DNA of 64,000 nucleotides from Azolla caroliniana (Eukaryota > Plantae > Polypodiophyta). Position numbers and translations under genes: made by a program. Position 1 is the stretch's first letter, and every line of letters starts with the position of its first letter. Positions 12,347-23,200 of this stretch are shown in pieces. The stretch spans positions 6,572,001-6,636,000 of the forward strand of contig JBHGNT010000014.1 in NCBI GenBank assembly GCA_043228905.1, in the 5' to 3' direction. Below the pieces are notes generated by a model. The model worked only from the letters and a program-made list of their open reading frames with translations, searched no databases and was not told the origin of the DNA.

Positions 12347-15199
12347 ATGCCTCTTACTGCCTCAACAGAAACTCGCGCCTGGCTCCAGGAACGAGGAATG
12401 GGCGGTTACCTGAAGATCATCGATGCCCTCGCACACGAACCCAACGAGCATGCCGCAGAACAAGGCAGCCATCATCATCAGCGCGTATGAAGGAAACAAA
12501 ATCGATTGGGGAATCATCACAGGCGAGGGACTCCGCGCCGCCTTAGCTTCATTTCAGTCCGGTAAGAAGATGTTGTCTGTTCTTACCCACTTTTTGATGG
12601 TTCTATACCCACCCTCTTCGCTTCCTTCCCCTCGCACACTCACGTCCCCACCACCACCACGAAGGCAGAGAGAGAAATCGTGTCCATCAGCCACGAAGCA
12701 TGGGAGGAGCCCACATCGCCTTCACCCCCTGCCGCCGACCAAAAAACCGCATCTGCACCACCACCCGCCCAACCCCAACAAAAAAGGGTAGTTTCCGAGA
12801 CCTGCCAAGAATGGGAGGAGGAGGTAGCCGTAGAAGACAACACGGCCGATGATGTCACCATTCGACAGCCAACGTCGCGCCCCTCGGTAACTTCCCCAAC
12901 ACCTAGCCCACACCCCAACACACAGCAGGCTGCACCACCACGATCCCAGAAAAGGAAGCAGGCGGAGGAAACGACACTACCGGCCTCGGAACCCCAAACA
13001 CAGCCAAGCAAGAGAAGACGACTCAACCGTGAGTCCTCAGAAGAATAGAAGGAGCCACAATAGGAGCAAGCCTTAGTGGTTAGATAGAGCAACCTGGCCA
13101 TCACCCCTGCGGAGGCATCGCTGAACCAGGGAACGATCGAGCATGGGCAGACAACATAGATCTCGGAGGATGAAGTCCTTGGGTATAAGGACCTCCCCGC
13201 AGAGGCTTACGAATTTAGTGCGCTCCTACGCCTCGGTATGTCATTCGAGCTGGTCGACTTCCTCGCTAGAGCCCAAGTTGCGGCAGCCGCTCGAATGGCG
13301 GAAGAGCACGCCGAAACAAAAATGATTCAACGCGTGCTAATAGGTGAAATTGAGCCCCAGGAGGACAGGTCTTTACAAAAATTTGGGAGGAAGAAGCAGG
13401 CAAAACAGGCCGCTCTCCTCATGGAGGTCCCCGAGTTGAACACGGCCCTTATCGAGGCATATCGGGACCTGGATCGCACTACGCGGCCAGCCAAAGACAT
13501 GGCCCGAAAGATAAAAATAGCCCAAAAACAGGCTAAGATGGCTACAGAATTATGGCACGCTGCGAACCAGAAGCTGGCAGCCTGGGAGCAAAACCGGCCG
13601 GAACAACAACTCCTGAGCCTTCCGGTAACGACCACCGAGGCCCTCCCAGCGCCTCCACGCATAACAATGATGGATGAAAGCACCATCACCGACTCAATCC
13701 TGAAGGTGCATGCCAGTACACAAACGAACTCGTTACAAATGGTCAATGCCTGCACAACAACCGAGGTGGCCATGCCCATGGAGCAGACCGAGATACCCCC
13801 ACCTCGTGCACCCAAGGAGGTGGCAACCCAGACAGAACCCCCGCTCCGGGATTACCGTGCGGAGCTTAAAGAAGAACAACGGCGAACCGAGAGACATGAA
13901 CAACGGCATCAAGAGGCGATGGCTCGCCTAAAAGAAGAAGCTTCCAAGTAGATGGCCGAGATAAGAGCCCAGGCCGACCAAAGGATACACGAGCAGAACG
14001 AAGCACTGGGCCGGGTACAAGCGCAAGCCGCGGGCAAGGAAGCCGAACTCAAAAGCAAGCTGGAGGAATACGCAGCCACAATGGTGAAGAAAGAGCAGGA
14101 GGTTCTAGACCTACAGGCCGCGCTCGACAATGCAAAAGACTGGAACCAGCGGCAGGAGGAAAGAAATCGCCAATGGGAGGAGAGGATGAATGCGGAGAAT
14201 GCCGAGTTGCAGAGTCAGCGTACAACCCTTAAAGAGATGGATGACGAGTTTTTCATCAAATGCAAGCTACTTTCAGAGCAAAAAGATGCCTTATCGGATT
14301 CTTACTTCGCCCTACAAGAAGAGAGAATCGTCGAACGAGAACAAATCCGGGCCACGTGTCAGAAAGAACGGGAGCAGGCTACCGAAGAACTCACCAAGCG
14401 TTACGAGCAGGCTCTCCAGCTCGTAACCGCGGATGCAAAGAACACTCAGGCCATCTATGAGCTAAGAACACAGAAGATTCAGGCCGAGGTCGACAGCTTA
14501 AAACAGGAATTAGTAGCCATCCGAGCACAGCCCGACATGGATGAGACACGCATCCGAATACTAATCGAGAAACAACGCCAACACCTTACCAAAAAGGTTG
14601 AGGAAACATTAAGTCGCGCAGGAGACGAATGGGCAGCCCAAGCTGACGAATTGCATATTTTACGCGCCGACGCTGAGAACCGACAGAAAGAGGGCCGCGG
14701 CTTCTACAAAATGGACGAAGCCAGCATTCAAAACCTGCGTGCAGATTTAACCGAGGATTACCAGTCCTTGGCAAAATCTCACACCGCGGCAATCGAGCAA
14801 ATAATGGAGGACTTCAATGACGGTCAGATGCTGTTTCGCCTAGAAGCAGAAGCCTTCGAACGAGAACGACTCGCAGCCATCCCCACTAGCCCTCCAACGG
14901 CCACAGAGCAGAAAGAAGAACTTCCCAGCAAGGAGATCACGGACACGGCACAGGAGGAACTTGCCCCGGCCAACAGACATCCCATGGACGCCCACACGGT
15001 ACTAGAGCCTGTCGAAGTGGAGGTCAGCGCCCACGAACCCCCACCCCCACTAGAAGAATCGGCCGCACCTGAGGCGGACGTCCGAGAAGATATGCCACCC
15101 CCGGACCAAACTCAACCCCCCGCACCGACAGTCCAACCAGACCACCCTGCCACCACCCCGGACCCCGAAAGCATCCTTGACATCTTAAAGGAGGAATGA
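12347..15199 (+). pseudogene. Extra sense ORF (~950 codons) downstream of integrase: globular N-terminus, Pro/Ser/Thr linker, long coiled coil
   Basis: ORF pieces 12047-12490, 12680-13048, 13238-13951 and 13952-15199 share one frame; from 12680 on they are broken only by in-frame TAG stops. E/K/Q/A-rich heptad-like region at ~13850-14870. Confidence 0.75.
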
Positions 15200-15297
15200 A
15201 ACGAGGATCACGCCTAAACGGCAATTTTTGTAATATTGTTAGTATTTTGTAAGTCGTGGGTCCGACGGACAAGGTCCTGTCCCACGGGCGTGCCAGG

Positions 15298-15754
15298 TGT
15301 TGTCCAGAGGACAGAAATGTAAAATTAGGAAATTAGCAAACGCCGAGTCCGAGTATCACGGGCCACCGATGGCTCGGCTGTGTATTAGGGGAAAAATTAT
15401 TTAAACGAGGAGCAGTACCTTAGAGGAGAGGGAGAAGAAAACTATAGGCGGAAGCACTAGCTTAGTCATTCGAGATTAGATAAACTCGTAAGGTCACCGG
15501 CCATAGGCCGTGTTCTGTAATCTTTTCTGCCATAGTAATATATCTTATTTGTGCTTAGTTTTGCTGCATGAGTCTGTGCTTTGATCCATACCTATGAGTT
15601 TCACGCCGCCACGTCTATCAAGACCTCGCTAGTGTTTTCTCTCTGAGCCCTGTATCTCTCTCGACGCCTCTGTTACGAGCCTTCACGTACCACACCCTTG
15701 AAGACTGATAGACGCAGATCTATCGAAGGTGTTCACCCAAAGGAACGGGTAACA
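15298..15754 (+). repeat. 3' LTR of Gypsy I
   Basis: Direct repeat of 5936-6392, followed by TSD CCGAA. Confidence 0.95.
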
Positions 15755-16289
15755 CCGAACAGAATGATACAACATTGCAATAGAAGCATAGAAATAGAAT
15801 AGAGATGGAGATTAAATAGAGATGAAGACCATACAAAGAGTATGCACCAAAACCGGAGACCACACCTTCATTCATGAAAAACAACCCGTACTTACAAACA
15901 TGCTCAGAGAGTATCTTATATACAAAGCCCTTTATTCCTCTAATAATGGTAGAGGGTTGACCAAGCCGAATAGAATGATACAACATTGTAATAGAAGCAT
16001 AGAACACAGGGTATGCACCAAAACCGGAGACCACACCTTCATTCATGAAAAACAACCGGCACCTACAAACATGCTCAGAGAGCATCTTATATACAAAGCC
16101 CTTTATTCCTCTCATAATGGTAGAGGGCTGACAAGAGTACAATCGGCTCATTTATGAGCATTGAATTCTAACTTTACTAACTTCTAACTTAATTAGATTC
16201 TATCTTTAATAGTGCTAGTGAACCGAGTTGAGCTTGGTATATGAACACTCCCCCTCAAGCTCAAGTATGGTGTCAGCTTTTGGCTTACA

Positions 16290-17780
16290 TGTTGTAAAAA
16301 GTTAGAGTATGTGGAAGCTTTTGGATAGTGACTCTGAGTCAACCGATAATTAGGAAAAACACAGAGTATGTAAGTATGAAGGTAAGTATAGAGAGAGATT
16401 GAGTGATTGAGTGGAGTAGACAACCAAAAACTTCTATAACAACAAAATGTCTTAGTCCAATACATACAATGTGCTCATTGAGCACTTTTATATAAGCCCT
16501 GATAGTGGGTTGACACAAGTACTGACAAGTACTTGAATGCTCATAAGCGAGCATATGACACTAACTGCCTATAATATTCCTATTACTCAGAATATGAATA
16601 TAGGCCCTAACGGCTTGTCGGCTCACAACCAATCTGGCTTACACAGTCTGTCGGCTTCTTCAACTAATATGGCTTTTGGCTTCTTCGGCCAACTCTCCTC
16701 AACTGATTTGGCTATTGGCTTCTTCAACTAATTCAGCCTTTCGGCCTTTAGCTGATTCGTCCCATGTTGGGCTTTTCACTCAACACTCCCTCTCACGCTC
16801 AGTTGAGGTCACCTTGTCAACTCCAGCCGATTCCACGACCCGTCCAATTCCACGCTTGTCGATCCGTTCAGTCTTGCGCTTGTTGACTCGTTTGGTCTTG
16901 CACTTGTCTACTCCCAAGGCCCTCATTGGCCTTCTTCTCATTTCTACGACTTCGATGCCCTTTGACCCCTTAGTTTCTCCGTGTTAGCTTTGCTTTGGCT
17001 TCCGTTGCTTTCTCATCCGTTCAATGCTTACATGATTTGGCTTGTCTGAATAATTTCCCTTATCGGAATCGGCTGTCTCTGATTCGTTTTCACTTCAGCA
17101 TTCGACGTTATCAGCTCTCTCATCTTTCTTAGCTCTCCCCCTGTGTTCAACGGGTTTCGACCCCGGCTTGCTATCAACTGGTCTTCCCTTAGCTGATTTG
17201 CTCCTTTATGTTCTCTTAGCTCTTTCAATTGTCCTCTTGACTTTCCCCCACAAGTTTGGTACATCAAGGTGTTGCAGCCCAAGCATGTCTGAGAATTGTT
17301 GCAACTTGTCAAGTCCAAGAGGTTTGGTGAAGATGTCGGCCACTTGTCGATCGGTGGAACGTATTTGAGTTTGACTTCACCATTGAGAACGGGCTAACGC
17401 ATGAAGTGACAATGTACTTTTATGTGATTGGCCCGATCGTGGAAGACAAAGTTCTTTGCGAGTTGGATGTTGCTGAGGTTGTCGTAGTAGATCAGTGTCG
17501 GGTTGGGATCCTTCAACAACTGCTTAAGCGAAATGGCTTTGCATGTTGCGAGAGTCACTCCTCAATATTCGACCTCGGTAGTCAACTGGGCTACTGTCAA
17601 TTGTTTTTTGTTGCACTGGTTTATAGCAACACTCCCCAAGGAGGAAGCATATCCTGATGTTGATCGAGGATCCTTGACGTTTCCGCCCCAATGGACATTT
17701 GTGTAGCCGACTAACTATTCAACTACACCGGTCCGATACAACAACCCACAATCCTTAGTGCGCATTGAAGGTGATCGACT
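16290..17780 (-). mobile_element. Truncated Copia (3' LTR 16290-16785, degenerate PPT, degraded RNase H region), related to E/D/H
   Basis: Minus-strand RH remnant motifs (VGYTN, STEVEY, KYIxxHF, QVADIFTKPLGLDKL); LTR shares the GCTCA..TGAGC/TATA motifs of the E/D LTRs. Confidence 0.78.
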
Positions 17781-17785
17781 ATCAA

Positions 17786-18376
17786 TGTCGTGAAGATTTT
17801 CGGCAACGGTGTGAAAATCACTTGGAACGGATAATATCGAGAAGGTGCAATATGCACACATATGAAAGGGGCGATGGTTACACTCGTACGTTAGCATGTT
17901 GTAAATATGAACAAAATGAGAACCTCTAAGGCCTAGTAGCATTTTCGTGCATACCAAGGGATGGTGCAAGTAAGGTTTGAACCTTGCACCTCCAAGTTAG
18001 GACACAATTGACTTACCATTAGGCTAAGTTGTTTCTTTAAGGTAAGTTTTTATCATTGTATTTTTCACATGTAAATGGTCATACATGAGAGCTTGAATGA
18101 GTGACATGGTCATCATGCATCAGATGTAATGCATGAGTGCCAAATGACAATCATGCATTGAATGCATTCCATGCATTGTATGCATGTCTTGTACCCTCAC
18201 ATGCATCATATGCATGGGGGCATCTATAAAAGAAGGGAAGAAAAAGAAATGGGTATGGAATCAAGCTATGTATTGAATCAATATCTTAATAAGAAAAAAC
18301 CTAGTTATCTTATTGGTGATGTGTCTTGTTTCTCAACATTGAAGTCAGGGGTTCAAACCCAGAATTGGAATTTTCG

Positions 18377-18409
<33 letters not shown>

Positions 18410-18440
18410 GCCACATTAGTGCGTCACTTTGGCTACGACA
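17786..18440 (+). mobile_element. Probable solo LTR of an unrelated family
   Basis: Inverted termini TGTCGT...ACGACA, TATAAAA at ~18225, (CT)n/(CA)n tract. Flanks ATCAA/ATTTC do not form a clean TSD. Confidence 0.45.
17962..18032 (-). other. tRNA-derived sequence (A box, B box, CCA end); SINE-head-like or tRNA pseudogene
   Basis: Minus strand reads TAGCCTAATGGTAAG...GTCCTAA...GCAAGGTTCAAACCTTAC...GCACCA. Stems are imperfect. Confidence 0.6.
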
Positions 18441-18896
18441 ATTTCATTTCGTGTGGTCATTCACTCTATCTCTGAAATTCTCGTCAAGAAGGAAATAGCA
18501 CCGGCAAAGATTGTTTCATTGTTGTCGCTGGCCGCAAAAACGTTGCACACCACCACATTACCGCCCCCTATACATCAATCCACTGCACTGTTGACTCTAG
18601 TTTGGGTGCGTCTTCGACAACAAAGAACAACCCGAAAATAAAGCTAAATGGCCAATTCATCTCCTCCATAACCACTAACGGATAGAGGCCCGATGCTTGT
18701 CCGCACCTGTGTGACATGCACATCACGACGTTTGGCACGTGTGTCACGTACCACGTGTCATCGACTTGGATAATCGACTGATTAGTTCGATTGGATAACT
18801 AAGATCCAACCTAGTGATCGTCAAATAAATTAGGCTTCGACAATTTGCCGGAACTGTGTCTCGTCACATGTTGATGCCGAATTGTGGCAAAGCTTG

Positions 18897-19135
18897 ACAT
18901 TTCTGTCCAGAGGAGATAGATCAGTAGTCTGCCATGTTGAATTTTAACAACATATTCAATACATAGTGTCTCTGGCTGAAGAGTATGCCATCAAGGGTAG
19001 GGTTCATTTCGATCTTGAGGGAGTAATGAAGGTCCCCTAGATCCTTCATTTCAAAGGCTGTCAACAATTAAGACTTGACGTGGACGATTTCTTCAAGGTC
19101 GACGCTGTGATGACAAGGTCATCCACACATAGCAA
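18897..19135 (-). pseudogene. Copia RT fragment
   Basis: Minus-strand LLCVDDLVIT...FEMKDLGDLHY remnant. Confidence 0.75.
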
Positions 19136-20271
19136 TACCAGAGTGAAGGGGGAGTTTGTTAGGAAACAGGTCCCTCGAAATGGGTAGAGTACAAGCCACA
19201 TCGGATGGCGTCTATAGGTAACTCGGCCGAGGCCGAAAAATCGACTGACCCATAAGCAATCGTTAACTGATTCGACCAAATCCGAGTGCACTATAATTGT
19301 AAATTTAGCATTAATATGCCCTTAGTGGGCTATATTTGTAAATAACTCATATTGTGTATATGAGTATAAATATCCTTAGGGAAAGTAGTTAGAGTGTATA
19401 ATTATCATTGTTGTGAAAAGTTATAGTGAGTCGTGGCCTCTGTAACTAGAGTGGGAGAGTAAGAGAGTGTGTGAGTAACTCTATAGTCGTCTGTGGATGA
19501 AGAAGAGCTCAAGATCATTGCATTGAACCTTCTTGTTTTATTCCTCTTATTATAGTGATATAGTTCGGAGTTTGTGGACTCCCATGGTTTTTCCCGTGTA
19601 GGGTTTTCCACGTAAAATATTTGTGTGTCTGTACTTTTGGTTTCTTTTTGTTTGTGTACTATCATTTTCGATCTTTGCACCCGCATATGCATACATATCA
19701 ACCGATTGTGGCCAGTAGGATCCTCAACAAACTAGTTTTAGAGCGATGGACGAACATTTTGGTGGAATATTCAAGTTGACCAGCTCCAACTAATCAGTCT
19801 GGAAGTCGACGATGAGAGACATGCTCGTATGCAGAGGCTTATGGTTGCCGGTGCAGTACAACAAGAACAAACCTGACAAGATCGATGCATCTAAAGGTGA
19901 CGACATACATAAGGTGTTTTATAGACATGAGTCTTCACAACTGTCATGATATGATGCTCCAAAAGGATTTGAACCCATGACCTTGTGCTACAAGGGTTGA
20001 ACCCTTACCATTAAACTATAAATTGTAATACGAAAAATTTTACTTTCATTTATTATTTCACTATAGGAAATTCATGTATATTCCAGATTACTCTAGAACA
20101 TTCTAGAAACTTCAGGAGTACTCCTCACAGTACTATAAATAGAGGCACATGACATTATTCAGAACCACTTCGATTCAACGCCAGTCTTAAACCTCCTAGC
20201 TGTTCTTGTATCTTTCTTCATATAATATAATATACTTCTTGTTGTCATCCTTCTCTCTCTCTCTCACCTTC

Positions 20272-23200
20272 TGTTGAGAGACAAACTCAACATTCGTGCG
20301 TAATACGATGCGTAACCCAGTGCGTAGACTGGGTGCGTAAATCGGTACGCATAACATGGCCGTATCGGTGTGTAAACCGAAAGGCCGTTAGAGAGATATT
20401 CCTCGTAAGGAATAATTTTGGGAGTAAGTGTCGAGGCTCATTTATGAGCAGTCAAGTACTGTCAGTACTTGTGTCAGCCCTATTGTCAAGGCTTGTATAA
20501 AAGGTGCTCACTGAGCAGGGTGTATGTACAGATTGAGTATTATTTGAATTGAGTTTCTCTGTGTTCTCTCTCTCTATCTCTCCCGCGTACTGTCTATATT
20601 CAAGCTCTCCATTAAACCTGCATATTTTCTGTGTTCGGTTTTCTATTGCTTCCGCACATAATTTTTCATGGTATTAGAGCATGAGGGTTGAGAACCTCTG
20701 CAACCAACATAGCTTGAAAAGAAAACTAACCAAGAAGAACAAGAAAAACAAAATGGATAGAGGCATGGCTAGCTCGTTTCCTACCGAGAAGCTCGACAGA
20801 AACAACCACGCGTCTTGATCCTACAAGATGCACCAGTACCTGCTCGGGCACAGTTACTAGAGCTATGTTGACGGAGCAAATGACACAGCACCCAAATCGA
20901 CACACACAGATTTCCCGGCGTGGGAACAGTCGGCGAGCAGAGTACTATACTGCTTCGCGTCTTGTGTGGGCGAACAACTCCTGAGCTATATTCGGGATGC
21001 GAAAACGCCAAAGGATGCTTGGGGAAATTTGAAGAATATCTTTGCCGCAAGCACCACAGCAAGGAAGCTTCAACTCCGACAGGAGCTAAGCAATTTACGA
21101 CAATGCGACTTGTCGGTGGCCGATTACACCTCGAAGATCAAAGAGATATGCGACTCCTTAGCCTCTATCGATGTGAACGTCGAGGAAGGCGAGATGGTGC
21201 ATATCTGTCTCGGGGGACTAGCGTCAAAGTTCGGAGCATTCTAAACTGTTGTGTGTACACGGGAGAATACACCGTCATTTTTCGACTTATAGTCGATGCT
21301 CCTTATAGAGGAGAACCACGCGGGTGCGTCGACAAGCACACATGCCGACAACAAGATGCTGTACATGGAGGGAGATAGGCCCCGTGGTTGTGGCGGACGA
21401 GGGGAGTTGGTGCGCAATGGAGGCGGCCGACGGGATCAAAGAAGGAGGCACCAAAGTGATGCCGACAACAATTCCGGACCCTCCGGAAACAGGGGGAGTC
21501 GAGGCGACGAGAATTGGCAAGGGAAATCTGTTGTGGAATGTTGGTACTGTGGCAAAAAAGGCCACAGGGAGAGCGAGTGCTGGAAAAAGCGCGCCGATTC
21601 GGAGAGAACCGGGTCCGGATCAAGTTCCGGACAGACCGACAAAGGAAATCGGCAGCGATCGCACTATGGCGAAGGATCCGGAAAAGCCAGAAAAGGGTCA
21701 GTCTTCGTGACAATACACGAAGCAAACTCGATGAAGAAGATCACCCCGAAGTCGGACAAGGTGTGGTATGTCGACTCCAGCGTGTCAAACCACATGACGT
21801 GCCATAAGGAGTGTTTCTTGTACCTGGAAAAACCGATGCAACCGGGAGTATTCGCAACTGGAGACGACACTCCACATCCGATTGCGAATGTCGGCGAAGT
21901 TCCCTTGAGCCATGTCGAGTAGAAAGGGAAACTTATGAACGTGTTACACGTCCCGACAATCACGAAGAATCTGGTGTCGGTCGGGAAGATTATCGACCAG
22001 GGGATGCAAGTCCGATTCATGCATCTTGGGTGCTTCATCAAGGAAGAAGGCCGAGTTATTGCGCAAGGGCGCAAAGACAGGAGGATGTTTATCCTCGAAT
22101 CTAGTGACGGTGGCACTGCAATGTTCGCAAAAGGACAAAAAGTCGAGTCGGATATCGACTTATGGCACAAGCGGATAGGCCACGTCAACTATCAACGGCT
22201 TCAGGACTTGCAATCGAAACAGGTGGTGTTCGGAATGCCCAAATTTAGTGCCCGGAAGACACGAATTTGTGAAGCCTGCCAGCTAGGGAAGCAACACCGA
22301 CTCCCTTTCCCTAACGAGCGTAATCGGATCCGGAACAAGCTAGACCCCATACATTCCGATGTATGGGGGCCGACACAGAACGTTAGTCTTGGCGGGAGTC
22401 GATATTTTGTCTCCTTCATCGACGACTATACGCGGCACACGTGGATCTACCTCATCGAGAAGAAGAGTGAAGTCTTCAACCGTTTCTGGGACCTCAAAGG
22501 GTTCGTGGAAACGGAAACAAGACGAAAGATCAAGTGCTTGCGGTTGGATGGCGGAAAAGAGTACTTTTCCGGTCAATTCAACGGCTATCTGCAATAGATG
22601 GGAATTCGATGCGAATTTAGTTCTAGATACACGCTGGAGCAAAATGTCGTGGCCGAGAAGAAGAACCGGTCAATTGTAGAAGCGGCACGGGCAATGCTGG
22701 AGGAGAAGAGCTTGCCCAAGTTCTATTGGGCCGAGGCGGTACGAACCGCGGTGTACATTCAGAATTGGATTAGAGAAAAAGTGTTGGCGCATGAGCTGTA
22801 TTTCGGAAGGAAGCCGAATCTGCGACACTTGAGAGTTTTCGGTAGCATTGCGTATGTGCATGTGCCGAAGGAGAAACGGAGGAAGCTGGACGCGAAAGCC
22901 GAGAAGTGTATCTTGGTCGGCTATTTCGATGAGCAAAAGGGTTATAAGTGTTATAACCCACGCACAAAACAACCGCACATGAACCGCGACGTTGTGTTTG
23001 ACGAGTCTGCGTCCTGGTACTTGCCTCCGACTCCGGACCTCACCTCTAATTCGAGTTCTGACGATGAGGTCAGTGAGGCTGAGATGCGTCCGGATGAGCC
23101 TAAAATCGGGACAGAGAGTTTGATTTCGTTTCGGTTAAGCGGAACGGATGGAAGACTGAGTCGGTTCGACTAGTCCGATGAAGAGCCGGCGAGTAGTGGA

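Larger units (their letters stand above)
5936..15754 (+). mobile_element. Full-length non-chromovirus Ty3/Gypsy (Athila/Tat/Phygy/Selgy-like) with extra 3' ORF ('Gypsy I')
   Basis: 457-bp TG..CA LTRs at 5936-6392 and 15298-15754 (~12 differences by eye, transitions); TSD CCGAA at 5931-5935 and 15755-15759; domain order gag-PR-RT-RH-INT; no chromodomain. Confidence 0.95.
5900..16265 (-). mobile_element. Copia-type 3' LTR plus PPT (minus strand), split by Gypsy I; pieces 5900-5935 and 15755-16247
   Basis: Minus-strand PPT TTGAGCTTGAGGGGGAG (16248-16264) is followed by TGTTCA... and the LTR ends ...CCCCAACA at 5900. Sequence is continuous across the CCGAA TSD. Internal ~170-210 bp duplication at 15760-16135. 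Confidence 0.72.

Noticed and set aside
12347-15199. env gene
   Set aside because: No signal peptide, fusion peptide or convincing transmembrane segment is visible.
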